DNA of 64,000 bases from Pyrinomonadaceae bacterium (GTDB lineage: Bacteria; Acidobacteriota; Blastocatellia; Pyrinomonadales; Pyrinomonadaceae). The stretch's first letter is position 1. Each line of letters opens with the position of its first letter. Below the pieces are notes generated by a model that saw only the letters and a list, made by a program, of their open reading frames with translations, was not told the DNA's origin and did no database searches. The position numbers and the translations under genes are program-made. Positions 19,610 to 29,121 of the stretch are shown piece by piece. The DNA lies in contig JBGAVK010000009.1 in the NCBI GenBank assembly GCA_044228165.1, forward strand, positions 2,998-66,997. The letters are read 5' to 3'.

Positions 19610-22003
19610 TCATGCCTTTTGCGTTAGTTCCTTTTCGATCGCGGCGATCTCGACAGCGCGGAAAGCGAGACGGTCACCGGCGGCGTAAACCTCAATAGTG
19701 CTTTCTTCCGTTACGTCACCCTGAATTAGAGCCTCTGAGAGTTCGTCCTCAACATATTTCTGCAGGGCACGTTTTAATGGGCGCGCACCGTATTTGCGGT
19801 CCGCGCAGGTCTTATCGATCAGCCATTGGCGGGCATCGTCCTTGAGGACGACGATGAGCGAACGCGCCGCGACGAGCAGGTTGAGTTTGTCCACTTGCAG
19901 ATCGACGATGCGGCTGAGATCTTCGTCAGTAAGCTCGTCAAAGAGGATTATTTCGTCCAGGCGATTGATGAATTCAGGAGCAAAGGTTTGTTTGACCTGC
20001 GACATCACTTCATCTTCCATTTGATCGCGTGTCGCCGCGGCATTTGCCTGAAATCCAAGCGAAGCACGTTTCTGGATGACACGGGCACCGAGGTTTGAGG
20101 TCATTATAAAGATCGCGTGTTTGCAATCGACCGTATTGCCCTGCGCATCGGTCAAGATGCCGTCCTCAAAAACCTGAAGCAAGACATTGAAAAGATCAGG
20201 GTGAGCCTTTTCCACCTCGTCAAAGAGCACAACAGCGTAGGGCGATCGACGCAGTTTCTCTGTCAACTGGCCGCCTTCCTCATGGCCGACGTATCCGGGG
20301 GGCGAGCCGATGAACTTTGCGACCGAGTGTTTTTCCATGAATTCGCTCATATCAAAACGTATGAGCGAACGCTCGCTGCCAAAGAGGTACTCGGCGATCG
20401 ACCGGGCAACCTCGGTCTTACCTACACCGGTAGGGCCGAGAAATAAGAACGAGCCAACGGGACGCCCCGGATTCTTGAGCCCTGCACGTGAACGCCGAAT
20501 TGCGCGCGCAAGCGCCGAGATGGCCGGACGCTGCGAGACGATTCGTTCGTGCAAGGCGGTTTCGATTGTCAGCAGTTTTTCTGCCTCCTGCTGCTTGACG
20601 GACGAGACCGGAACCCCGGTCCAGCGGGCAATGACCTCATCAACGTCGTCCTTGGTCACCTCAACGGCAAAGAACGAATCTTCGAGCGATCGCAGCTCAT
20701 ACGAGATCAGCTGGTCTTCGTTGGCGGCCGCACGTTTCCAGTTTTCGACCGTCTCTTTCCATGACGGTTCACCGCGGTTCTCATGCTGGTAACGCAATTT
20801 TGCCCGGGCACCTGCCTCATCGAGCACGTCGATCGCCTTGTCCGGCAAAAAACGGTCCGCGATATAGCGGTGCGATTGAGTCACGGCGGCCGCCAGAGCC
20901 TCTCTTGTATACCGAAGCTGGTGAAACGCCTCGTATCGGTCGACAATGCCGGAGATTATTTCGATAGCTTCCGCCTCAGTGGGCGGTTCGATCCTCACAG
21001 CCTGGAAGCGGCGCTCGAGAGCACGGTCCTTTTCGATAGTTTTGCGAAACTCCGCCGGCGTGGTCGCACCGATACACTGGATGTCTCCCCGCGAAAGTGC
21101 CGGCTTTAGAATGTTCGCGGCGTCGAGCGTCCCCTCAGCGCTGCCTGCCCCGACGAGTGTATGAAGTTCATCTATGAAAACGATGTTTTCTTCATTTTCT
21201 TTAAGCTCGGCCATTATCTTTTTTAGCCGCTCTTCGAACTGGCCGCGGTACTTTGTTCCGGCAACTACGAGAGAGAGATCGAGCGAGAGGATCCGCTTGT
21301 TCTCGAGAAATGTCGGCACCTCGCGCGAAACTATACGTTGCGCCAGCCCCTCGACGATCGCTGTTTTGCCTACGCCGGATTCGCCGATCAGCACCGGATT
21401 ATTTTTTGTCCGGCGGCAAAGTATCTCGACGATACGCTCGAGCTCTCTTTCGCGGCCGACCAGCGGATCGAGACGCCCCTCGGCAGCTTCGGCAGTCAGG
21501 TCGCGTGTAAATTCAGAAAGACCGGGCGTTTTAGTATTCTCTTTTCCCACTGATGCAACACCGGGGATGCCGCTCTGTCTCGTAAGCTCGTCACGGACAT
21601 CACCGAGGCGCAGGCCGTAGCCAAAAAGTATTTCAGCCGCAACACTTTTCTCTTCGCGGACAATACCGAGCAATAGATGCTCAGGGCCAATGTGGCGATT
21701 CTTCAACTGGCGGCTTTCATCATTTGCGTAAAAGAGGATCTGTTTGGTCGCAGGCGAAAGATGAAGTTCAGATGATTGCGGAATGCGGTCGCGGAGAACG
21801 ATCCGTTCTTCGACATCGCGGCGGATCGAATCGACCGTCAAGGCATGACGAAACGGGAAAAAACGCGCAGACAAAGTCTTATCCTCACGCATCAGGCCAA
21901 GCAAAACGTGCTCAGGGGCGATCACTTGCGAACCGTATTGAAGAGCTTCGTACCGGGCAAAAAAGATGACCCGGCGGGACCGCTCCGTGTAGCGTTCAAA
22001 CAT
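19610..22003 (-). CDS. clpC: Clp/Hsp100 AAA+ chaperone, ClpC-like
   Basis: Clp_N repeats ([16 protein letters not shown]...), two AAA+ modules with Walker A motifs GESGVGKT and GPTGVGKT, and a ClpB_D2-small C-terminal domain. Confidence 0.9.
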   Translation of the reverse strand: MFERYTERSRRVIFFARYEALQYGSQVIAPEHVLLGLMREDKTLSARFFPFRHALTVDSIRRDVEERIVLRDRIPQSSELHLSPATKQILFYANDESRQLKNRHIGPEHLLLGIVREEKSVAAEILFGYGLRLGDVRDELTRQSGIPGVASVGKENTKTPGLSEFTRDLTAEAAEGRLDPLVGRERELERIVEILCRRTKNNPVLIGESGVGKTAIVEGLAQRIVSREVPTFLENKRILSLDLSLVVAGTKYRGQFEERLKKIMAELKENEENIVFIDELHTLVGAGSAEGTLDAANILKPALSRGDIQCIGATTPAEFRKTIEKDRALERRFQAVRIEPPTEAEAIEIISGIVDRYEAFHQLRYTREALAAAVTQSHRYIADRFLPDKAIDVLDEAGARAKLRYQHENRGEPSWKETVENWKRAAANEDQLISYELRSLEDSFFAVEVTKDDVDEVIARWTGVPVSSVKQQEAEKLLTIETALHERIVSQRPAISALARAIRRSRAGLKNPGRPVGSFLFLGPTGVGKTEVARSIAEYLFGSERSLIRFDMSEFMEKHSVAKFIGSPPGYVGHEEGGQLTEKLRRSPYAVVLFDEVEKAHPDLFNVLLQVFEDGILTDAQGNTVDCKHAIFIMTSNLGARVIQKRASLGFQANAAATRDQMEDEVMSQVKQTFAPEFINRLDEIILFDELTDEDLSRIVDLQVDKLNLLVAARSLIVVLKDDARQWLIDKTCADRKYGARPLKRALQKYVEDELSEALIQGDVTEESTIEVYAAGDRLAFRAVEIAAIEKELTQKA

Positions 22004-22022
22004 AGGATTCTATCGGGACAAC

Positions 22023-22065
22023 TCGCTATATGAAATCATTATAGCGAAACGCCGGAATGCAGCAA
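22023..22065 (-). promoter_or_regulatory. candidate clpC promoter overlapped by an 8-bp inverted repeat with a 9-nt spacer
   Basis: The minus strand reads TTGCTG (22065-22060), a 16-nt spacer, then TATAAT (22043-22038). The inverted repeat TCGCTATA-N9-TATAGCGA spans 22023-22047 and covers the -10 box and the expected transcription start. Confidence 0.35.
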
Positions 22066-22182
22066 CAATTATCTCAAAATCTGAATATTAACGAGCTTGG
22101 GTGAAATATAGTTACAAAGGCGCACGAAATCCAAAAGAAAACGCAATAATTTACAGCTTTTTGTGAAAAAACCGTCGCGGCG

Positions 22183-22713
22183 TCAGTTTGCCATTCGAGA
22201 GCGGGCGTCGATCTCGGCGATATCTTCCTGTTTGATCTCGCGAACCACGGCTTCATCGCGATTAGATATACCTTTCAATATCTGGCCGGCGGGTGCCAAT
22301 TCGACACGGGACGTGAGCACTCGAGCGACACGTTTGGGCAGAAATTTAGGGGCGATATTTGCGATCGAATCAGCCAGTGCGACGATGTCGCCGCCACCGG
22401 GCCAATGGCCCCGCACTACCGATTCGTCTGAGCGGTTAACGAGACGCAATATCACGAGCGCTACGACGTAGAGATCATCGACCTGGCCGATGAACGGAAA
22501 AACATCAGGTATAAAATCTAGCGGCGAGATCACGTAAACGATAGCCGCAGCGAAAAGGGCTTTTTCGGCAGCCGGAACGCGGGCGTCTTTTAATAACCGG
22601 CCGAGCAGCACGACCATGTTCGGCAAAAACATCAAAAAGCTGCGAAGCCGTCCTTTCAACTCGCCTTTTTCGCCTCGCTTCAGCTTTCTTTTCGATTCTA
22701 TTTGTCTGCTCAT
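22183..22713 (-). CDS. DUF1232 (YkvA-like) membrane protein
   Basis: Motif ISPLDFIPDVFPFIGQVDDLYVVALVI. Confidence 0.7.
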   Translation of the reverse strand: MSRQIESKRKLKRGEKGELKGRLRSFLMFLPNMVVLLGRLLKDARVPAAEKALFAAAIVYVISPLDFIPDVFPFIGQVDDLYVVALVILRLVNRSDESVVRGHWPGGGDIVALADSIANIAPKFLPKRVARVLTSRVELAPAGQILKGISNRDEAVVREIKQEDIAEIDARSRMAN

Positions 22714-22811
22714 CGTAGTATTTTTTTGGCTGTCCTTTCAGTCTAAATACGACCGGTGCTTTGTGCAAGTTTCGCCTTAGTTGGTTGTATGGTAAATTCA
22801 AAGTCTAAAGT

Positions 22812-23816
22812 ATGATCCTGCAGAAAATTCGCGAGCGCGCTGCCGCCGATATTCAACATATAATCCTGCCCGAGGGTGAGGATGTTCGCACAGTTCAGGC
22901 GGCGGCGATCTGCTCTGCCGGACGGATTGCAAAGATAACCGTGCTGGGTGACGAAGAGAAGATACGGACACTCGCATCTGAGGCGGGAGCGAATCTGAAT
23001 GGCGTCGAGATCATCGACCATCGCAGGTCTCATGACCGCGGAAAACTCGCAACGCTCTATCATCAGATGCGCCGTGCAAAAGGCGTGACCCTCGAAGAGG
23101 CCGAACAGACGCTAAAAGATCCCCTGTATTTCGGCAACCTTTTGGTCCGCGAAGGCAAGGCCGACGGCTCGGTCGCCGGTGCGACAAATACCACCGCTCA
23201 TACTGTTGCCGCTGCGTTGCGATGTATAGGTGTGCGGCCGGGATTTAAGACCGTCTCGAGCTTTTTCCTGATGGTCGTGCCCGATAAGAAATTTGGGGCA
23301 AATGGTGCGATGATCTACGCGGACTGCGGTGTCGTGATCGACCCTGACGTCAGCGAACTCGCCGAGATAGCCATTGCCTCGGCAGACTCGTGCCGCGCTC
23401 TGCTGCAGGTCGACCCGCGGGTTGCGATGCTCTCGTTCTCGACAAAGGGAAGTGCGAAACATCAAATTATCGAAAAGGTTGTCGAAGCCACCAAGACAGT
23501 AAAGGCCCGCATGCCGGAGCTTGCGATCGACGGTGAACTCCAGGCCGACGCTGCTCTCGTCAAATCGGTCGGCGATTCCAAAGCTCCCGGCTCAAACGTC
23601 GCGGGGCGCGCGAATGTCCTCATCTTCCCGGATCTCAACGCCGGGAACATCGCCTACAAGCTGACCGAACGCCTTACCGGCGGCACCGCCATCGGCCCCA
23701 TTCTGCAGGGCCTCGACCGCCCCTGCAACGACCTCTCGCGCGGCTGCAAAGCCGAAGATATAGTCGATGCTGTGGCTATTACTGCGGTGCAGTCACAAGC
23801 ACGAAAGAATAGCTAG
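22812..23816 (+). CDS. pta: phosphate acetyltransferase
   Basis: 334 aa PTA_PTB fold, with [26 protein letters not shown] and a conserved C-terminal half. Confidence 0.9.
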   Translation: MILQKIRERAAADIQHIILPEGEDVRTVQAAAICSAGRIAKITVLGDEEKIRTLASEAGANLNGVEIIDHRRSHDRGKLATLYHQMRRAKGVTLEEAEQTLKDPLYFGNLLVREGKADGSVAGATNTTAHTVAAALRCIGVRPGFKTVSSFFLMVVPDKKFGANGAMIYADCGVVIDPDVSELAEIAIASADSCRALLQVDPRVAMLSFSTKGSAKHQIIEKVVEATKTVKARMPELAIDGELQADAALVKSVGDSKAPGSNVAGRANVLIFPDLNAGNIAYKLTERLTGGTAIGPILQGLDRPCNDLSRGCKAEDIVDAVAITAVQSQARKNS

Positions 23817-24000
23817 GCCGCCATGAATATTGGCGTGATCTCAACCACGAATCGATCGATCAAGGTCTTTATCTCCCTGTCTTTGGAGCATGGCAGCCTG
23901 ATGAAGGACTTTGACTGTTGATCTTTGTCGCCGCGTTTTGATATTTCGCGTTAAAAGACGAGAGCATGGCTGCTTCGACTACCTCGACCATCGATCGTGA

Positions 24001-24927
24001 TCAATATATCTCTGCTTCGTCGGGCGGGCGGGTCTTCCATCGGCGATGTATCCAAAGCCACTGGTCCGGGTATTGTCTTACAATTCGTTCTATTTCGAGG
24101 GTGAATCGCCGCGTCGTTTCCAAAATATCATTTTTCAGATCATTTGAGCGTTGCGGTTCTATCGGCTCGCCGCATTTCATCACGTATTTTCTTTTAGGTT
24201 CGTCCCATACAAGAAAGGTCGGCAAGATGATCGAGTTTGTCCTGATCGAGAGCATCGCGACGCCGGTCGTAGTGCACGCAGCGACGCCGAAATAAGGCAC
24301 AAAAACGCCTTCTTTCGGGTGCGTATTTATGTCGGCGAGAATAAGTACCGCCTCACCTCCCCTGAGTTTCCGGACGATCGCTGAAGCCGAGTTGATCTTA
24401 TCGATCTGAGAATTGCCGAACCGCGTTCGCATTTCGAGGATCATCGTTTCGATCTTCGGGTTATCCATCCGACGTGCGAGCAGGTGTATCGGCTCTATGA
24501 TCGCGGGAAATGCCGTCGCCATCAATTCCCAGCTTCCCAGATGAGCACTCAAAATTATCCGGCCGCGGCCGGCCGCGGCGGCATTACGATAGTCGGCGAG
24601 TGAACTCTCGCCGGGAAATTCGATCAACTGCTCCAGATCCCCCGGCTTGAGTCTGCCGGCCCGGCTTATCGCACCGAGGCTGCGGCCGAGATTTCTGAAG
24701 ACACCTCGTAGGATAACCTTTCGCCCGGCGGTATCCATTTCGGGAAAGGCGAGTCTAAGGTTAGTCTCGCCAACCCGCCGCAGCCGGCCTAGCGCAGGAT
24801 AAAGAAAACTACCCACCCCTTCCCCTGCAGCGAGAGTAAACCTCAAAGGCAAGATCGAGAGCGACCCGACAACGACGCGTGCCAAGGCATATTCGATCCA
24901 TATCTGTGGTGTACTTTTGCGCGCCAT
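24001..24927 (-). CDS. lipid A biosynthesis (Kdo)2-lipid IVA acyltransferase family protein (LpxL/HtrB-like)
   Basis: 308 aa with an N-terminal membrane anchor and the HX4(D/E) motif in SAHLGSWELM. Confidence 0.8.
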   Translation of the reverse strand: MARKSTPQIWIEYALARVVVGSLSILPLRFTLAAGEGVGSFLYPALGRLRRVGETNLRLAFPEMDTAGRKVILRGVFRNLGRSLGAISRAGRLKPGDLEQLIEFPGESSLADYRNAAAAGRGRIILSAHLGSWELMATAFPAIIEPIHLLARRMDNPKIETMILEMRTRFGNSQIDKINSASAIVRKLRGGEAVLILADINTHPKEGVFVPYFGVAACTTTGVAMLSIRTNSIILPTFLVWDEPKRKYVMKCGEPIEPQRSNDLKNDILETTRRFTLEIERIVRQYPDQWLWIHRRWKTRPPDEAEIY

Positions 24928-24999
24928 AAACGAGTGATCGGCTATGAAGATACTTTAGAGATACGGAAGTGAATATTCAATGACGTTGGCGATCATTTT

Positions 25000-25021
25000 A
25001 AGTCTTACAAAAGTCTTACAA
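25000..25021 (+). repeat. perfect tandem direct repeat, 2 x 11 bp (AAGTCTTACAA), upstream of the desaturase
   Basis: Read directly: AAGTCTTACAA at 25000-25010 and again at 25011-25021, about 65 to 85 nt upstream of the desaturase start. A role as a response-regulator site is inference. Confidence 0.6.
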
Positions 25022-25083
25022 TTGCAACCGCAAGAACCTGTTAGGCTCTTAATTGCGGGTTCCCTGTGCCCGAATGAGTTTAA

Positions 25084-25977
25084 TTGATCAGAGGTCAAAC
25101 AATAGTGCAAAACGTTATCGATTTTGAACCATCGCGTGCCGACAAACTGAATTGGAACACGATCTTTTTTGTGGCGGCTTTCCATCTTGCGGCGATCGCG
25201 GCGGTTTTTACTTTTAGCTGGCAAAATGCCCTGGCAGCGTTTATATGCTGGTGGGTTGCCGCAAGTTGGGGCATCGGCATTGCCTATCACCGGCTGCTTA
25301 CGCACCGCGGTTTCACTACATCCAAATGGATGATGCGTTTTCTCGCGACCTGCGGTACGCTTGGCCTGCAGAGCGGCCCTATCACATGGGTCACGACCCA
25401 TCGCCTGCACCACGCTTTCACTGATACTGACAAGGATCCGCACAGCCCGCGTGAAAAGGGCTTTTGGTGGTCGCATATGGGCTGGATCTTTAAGGGAACC
25501 GCTCAGGTGCAATCAGAAGCGACGCGGCAGCGTTATTCGCCCGACCTGATGAAGGACGGCTATCTCCGCTGGCTCGACAAATATTATTACGTCACAACGC
25601 TGATTCTCGCTGCGGGGCTTTTCGCTATCGGCGGCTGGACGATGGTCGTCTGGGCGATCGTGATGCGTGTCGCTGTTAGTTGGCACTTTACATGGCTGGT
25701 AAATTCGGCGACCCATCTTTGGGGATACAGAAGGTTTGAGTCGCGTGATGATTCGCGAAATAACGTCCTCGTCGCCGCCGTCACTTTTGGCGAAGGATGG
25801 CATAACAACCATCACACGTATCCGCGAAGCGCAAAGCACGGCTTTACCTGGAAAGAGTTTGATATCAACTGGTATCAGCTTCGGATAATGGAGAAGCTCG
25901 GTCTGATCAGCAATGTTTATGCTTACGATCTTGCAACCGAATCGGAAACTCCAAAGGAAATGAGAAAGGCCGCCTAA
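25084..25977 (+). CDS. membrane acyl-CoA/acyl-lipid (delta-9-type) fatty acid desaturase
   Basis: Three histidine boxes (HRLLTH, HRLHH, HNNHH) and TM segments. The start may instead be GTG 25105. Confidence 0.88.
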   Translation: MIRGQTIVQNVIDFEPSRADKLNWNTIFFVAAFHLAAIAAVFTFSWQNALAAFICWWVAASWGIGIAYHRLLTHRGFTTSKWMMRFLATCGTLGLQSGPITWVTTHRLHHAFTDTDKDPHSPREKGFWWSHMGWIFKGTAQVQSEATRQRYSPDLMKDGYLRWLDKYYYVTTLILAAGLFAIGGWTMVVWAIVMRVAVSWHFTWLVNSATHLWGYRRFESRDDSRNNVLVAAVTFGEGWHNNHHTYPRSAKHGFTWKEFDINWYQLRIMEKLGLISNVYAYDLATESETPKEMRKAA

Positions 25978-25993
25978 AAGAAACGTTAAACTG

Positions 25994-26047
25994 AGAACGG
26001 AAAACGGAAAATGAACGCCCGGGTTTCAATTTTCTGTTTTCCGTTCT
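25994..26047. repeat. long near-perfect hairpin (about 22-bp stem) between the desaturase and the histidine kinase; REP-like and probably a terminator
   Basis: AGAACGGAAAACGGAAAATGAA, loop CGCCCGGGT, then TTCAATTTTCTGTTTTCCGTTCT. There is one mismatch and one bulge. Confidence 0.6.
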
Positions 26048-26063
26048 ACATTTTCAGTTACGT

Positions 26064-26954
26064 ATGCGCCGACGTAAGACCGCAATCTTCTTTCTGATCC
26101 TGGGCATTACCCTTTCGGTGCTCGCGGTCGCTCTCAACATAGGCTGGATATTATTAAATCCCCGTGAGGTCGCGTTGCTTGTTTTCGGGGTGATCTTTTT
26201 TCTGCTGATCATTACAGGCCTCATCCTCAATACGATCTTTTTGGTGCGGGAGATACGCCGTAACGAGCAGCATGATGCGTTTCTCAACGCCGTCACCCAC
26301 GAATTAAAAACCCCGATCGCGTCTATCAAACTCTATCTCGAAACGCTCCGGTCACGCGACCTCGACAAAGCCAAACGAGATGAGTTTTACGACATCATGC
26401 TTGATGACAACGCCCGGCTTCTTGGCACCGTCGAACAGGTTCTGCAGGCGAGCCGCACCCGCGAAAAGGGGCGGTTGATGAATCTTACTGAGATCGACCT
26501 CAACGAACTGATCACTGAAACCATCAAGATGACGATCGTGCGAAAACATCTCGACGAACAGGCGATCAGATGTTCGTCACCGGCGGAGCCGATCGTCGTT
26601 ATTGGCGACCGCGATGAGCTGCAATCGGCATTTGTAAACCTGCTCGAAAACTCGATCAAGTATTCGCCCGGTGAACCAAAGATAACGGTAAAGCTGCGTT
26701 CGTCGCCGCGTGGCAAGGCCGAGATATTCGTTCGCGATCACGGCATCGGCATCCCGAGGAACGATCTCAAGCGAATTTTCAAGCGGTTCTACCGAGTTCC
26801 TGATAAATCGACCGGTGCTGCAAAAGGCACGGGACTTGGCCTCGCTATTGTCAGTTCGATCATCGAAAAACATGGCGGCCGCGTAAAAGCTGAGAGCAAA
26901 GGCGAGGGGCAAGGCTCAACTTTCATCATCCAACTCCCGAGGAGATCGAAATGA
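26064..26954 (+). CDS. sensor histidine kinase (two TM helices, HisKA + HATPase_c)
   Basis: H box HELKTPIASI, N box LLENSIKYS, G1 DHGIGI, G2 GTGLGLAIV. Confidence 0.88.
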   Translation: MRRRKTAIFFLILGITLSVLAVALNIGWILLNPREVALLVFGVIFFLLIITGLILNTIFLVREIRRNEQHDAFLNAVTHELKTPIASIKLYLETLRSRDLDKAKRDEFYDIMLDDNARLLGTVEQVLQASRTREKGRLMNLTEIDLNELITETIKMTIVRKHLDEQAIRCSSPAEPIVVIGDRDELQSAFVNLLENSIKYSPGEPKITVKLRSSPRGKAEIFVRDHGIGIPRNDLKRIFKRFYRVPDKSTGAAKGTGLGLAIVSSIIEKHGGRVKAESKGEGQGSTFIIQLPRRSK

Positions 26955-27664
26955 AGATACTAATCGTCGAAGACGAACAGCACCTGGCAGACGGACTGCG
27001 GTTCAACATTGAGGCCGAAGGCTACGAGGCAGAGATCGCGGTTGACGGCCAGGCGGCGCTTGAGCGGCTCGCCCAAGCGGTGTTCGACGCGGTCGTGCTT
27101 GATGTAATGCTGCCAAAGATGGACGGCTTTGAGGTCGCAGCGGCAATGCGTGAACGGGGTGATTACACGCCGATCCTGATGCTCACGGCACGCGGCAGGC
27201 CCGAAGATGTGCTGCTCGGCTTTGAGGCAGGCACGGACGACTATCTCGCAAAGCCATTTGATCTCAACATATTTCTCGCAAGGCTCAACGGACTGCTTCG
27301 CCGGCGAAAATGGATGCAGGCTGAGCCGGCTCAACGCACCGGCGGCGGAGCGATCGAGATAAACGGGCGCACCATCGACCTGGATGACCTGGTCCTGCGT
27401 AATGGCGACGCGACGGTCCACCTGACGCTGATGGAAGCAAAGCTGCTGCAATATCTGATAGAGAACGAGGGCCGGGCCGTTTCCCGTAAAGAGATACTCG
27501 AAAAGGTATGGCACCTGCAGGAAGACACTGACACGCGGGCGATCGACAATTTTATCGTTCGGCTTCGACGTCATCTGGAAGACGCTCCGAATACTCCAAA
27601 GATCGTTCAAACCGTCCGCGGCGTCGGCTACCGGTTCATAAAGCCTGAGGAAAAGCCGGCGTAA
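26951..27664 (+). CDS. OmpR/PhoB-family response regulator
   Basis: Receiver domain (VLDVMLPKMDG, LMLTARG, KPF) plus a winged-helix output domain (VRGVGYRF). The ATG overlaps the kinase stop (ATGA). Confidence 0.92.
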   Translation: MKILIVEDEQHLADGLRFNIEAEGYEAEIAVDGQAALERLAQAVFDAVVLDVMLPKMDGFEVAAAMRERGDYTPILMLTARGRPEDVLLGFEAGTDDYLAKPFDLNIFLARLNGLLRRRKWMQAEPAQRTGGGAIEINGRTIDLDDLVLRNGDATVHLTLMEAKLLQYLIENEGRAVSRKEILEKVWHLQEDTDTRAIDNFIVRLRRHLEDAPNTPKIVQTVRGVGYRFIKPEEKPA

Positions 27665-29121
27665 TCCTGCCGCGAAACGACTTTGATCTCTTGTCGCCAA
27701 TTCTCGTGCAGGTCAAAACGCCATAGCTCGATCTCAGGCGAAACACACCGAGCGAAATATTCAAAATCCCGATGAAAACTCCATGCCGGTGCCGCGAAAT
27801 ATATGATCGCCGGTTTATCGGCGATCTCGCGCCCCTCGAAAAGATCTGCCGCTGCCAAGATGCCTCGCCGACGCTGAAGTTCTATCTTTCGCCAATAATC
27901 GACCGACTGAAAAACGCCGACACGATCAGGCTGTGTCTTTAATTCAATTATCACCAGACGGCCATCTCGGCGCATCGCAAGCAGGTCGATCTTGTCGCGA
28001 AAGAAGCGAAACTGGTTGTAGATCGGCGAAAGAATGAGATTTGTGTCGAGCAGTTTGATATTGCGGCGCAGGATCGACTCGAGCCATGCCTCCGGTGCAG
28101 ACCGGTAATACTCGTGACGTTTGTTGGCGGTTTCGGGCGAGCGATATGCCGACAGGGCCTCGATCAGTGCGGCGCAATCGTCCCAATTATCCTGAGTCAG
28201 TATCTGCCGCTCGCGGCCGACGCCGAACCACGCCTTTTCCTGTCCCATCATTGAACGGACTCGGGCGAAGGGCAGCCCTCTGAACCTCAAAGTCTCCCCT
28301 TGGCGCGAAAAGACGATGTCGATCTCATTGGGGTAAAGGTCGATCAAATGTTGCGAAGTCACGCCCGGCTCCTGCTTCTGGGGCAATATAAGCTTTGGAG
28401 CTTTTTCGCGCCAGAGCTCGCTTATTTTGCGCGTTTGCAACGGGATAAGCCGGGGCGGATCGGACTTTCTTTCGATCTCTACGACCGAGATCTTCGTGTG
28501 CCATCTATCGGTGAGCAATGCCAGCAGTTTTTGAGCATTTTTTGCCTGCCGCTTTTCGCAAATGATCCAGATATCACTGACCGGATTTTTCTTTCTAATT
28601 GAGAGTTTTTCAGCCCAAAGTAACGCCGTCGTGAAGATCGCTTCGACCGACAGCGACCCGGTGACATCGGCGATCGCTGCCATCGGGGTCTGCTCCGCAG
28701 TATCAAAATGTATCAGAGCAAATCGCCCGTTCTCTTCGTTTAGACTGACTCGTCCAAGCTTTGAAGTTGGGAAATTTTCCGATATGAGACGACCGATCTC
28801 GTTAGCCCGTTCGAGCCGGGCGGCCTCGATCTCGGCGGCAAGTTCTGATGCTAGAGTTCTAGCAACCAGCCGCAACGTCTCGCGTTTTTTGGCGAATGCA
28901 CCGGCGACGTCGAGAGTCGCTTCGTCGGTGCTTAAAGTGAAGGAGTTGAGCCGCCAGTTATGAAATCCCTTGTCGTCTAAAAATCCGAAATGGGCCTTCC
29001 CGCCATCATCGGAGATCTCGATCTCATGCCCATAGATCGGAAAGGTCGGGCCGCTGTCGCGGATAAGCAGCCACTCGCGGCTGCTTGAGATCAGATCGCG
29101 AAGAGGCTCGGTATCTACCAT
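27628..29121 (-). CDS. hypothetical protein with a C-terminal PD-(D/E)xK nuclease-like core (NucS/DUF91- or Shedu-like)
   Basis: 497 aa. The segment FRDKIDLLAMRRDGRLVIIELKTQPDRVGVFQSVDYW fits the D...ExK arrangement. The N-terminal 350 aa are unrecognised. The start overlaps the SGNH hydrolase stop. Confidence 0.6.
   Translation of the reverse strand: MVDTEPLRDLISSSREWLLIRDSGPTFPIYGHEIEISDDGGKAHFGFLDDKGFHNWRLNSFTLSTDEATLDVAGAFAKKRETLRLVARTLASELAAEIEAARLERANEIGRLISENFPTSKLGRVSLNEENGRFALIHFDTAEQTPMAAIADVTGSLSVEAIFTTALLWAEKLSIRKKNPVSDIWIICEKRQAKNAQKLLALLTDRWHTKISVVEIERKSDPPRLIPLQTRKISELWREKAPKLILPQKQEPGVTSQHLIDLYPNEIDIVFSRQGETLRFRGLPFARVRSMMGQEKAWFGVGRERQILTQDNWDDCAALIEALSAYRSPETANKRHEYYRSAPEAWLESILRRNIKLLDTNLILSPIYNQFRFFRDKIDLLAMRRDGRLVIIELKTQPDRVGVFQSVDYWRKIELQRRRGILAAADLFEGREIADKPAIIYFAAPAWSFHRDFEYFARCVSPEIELWRFDLHENWRQEIKVVSRQDYAGFSSGFMNR

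Noticed and set aside
24955-25512. 185-aa minus-strand ORF overlapping the desaturase start region
   Set aside because: It is antisense to the desaturase histidine-box region and has basic low-complexity composition. The upstream part covers the regulatory spacer.
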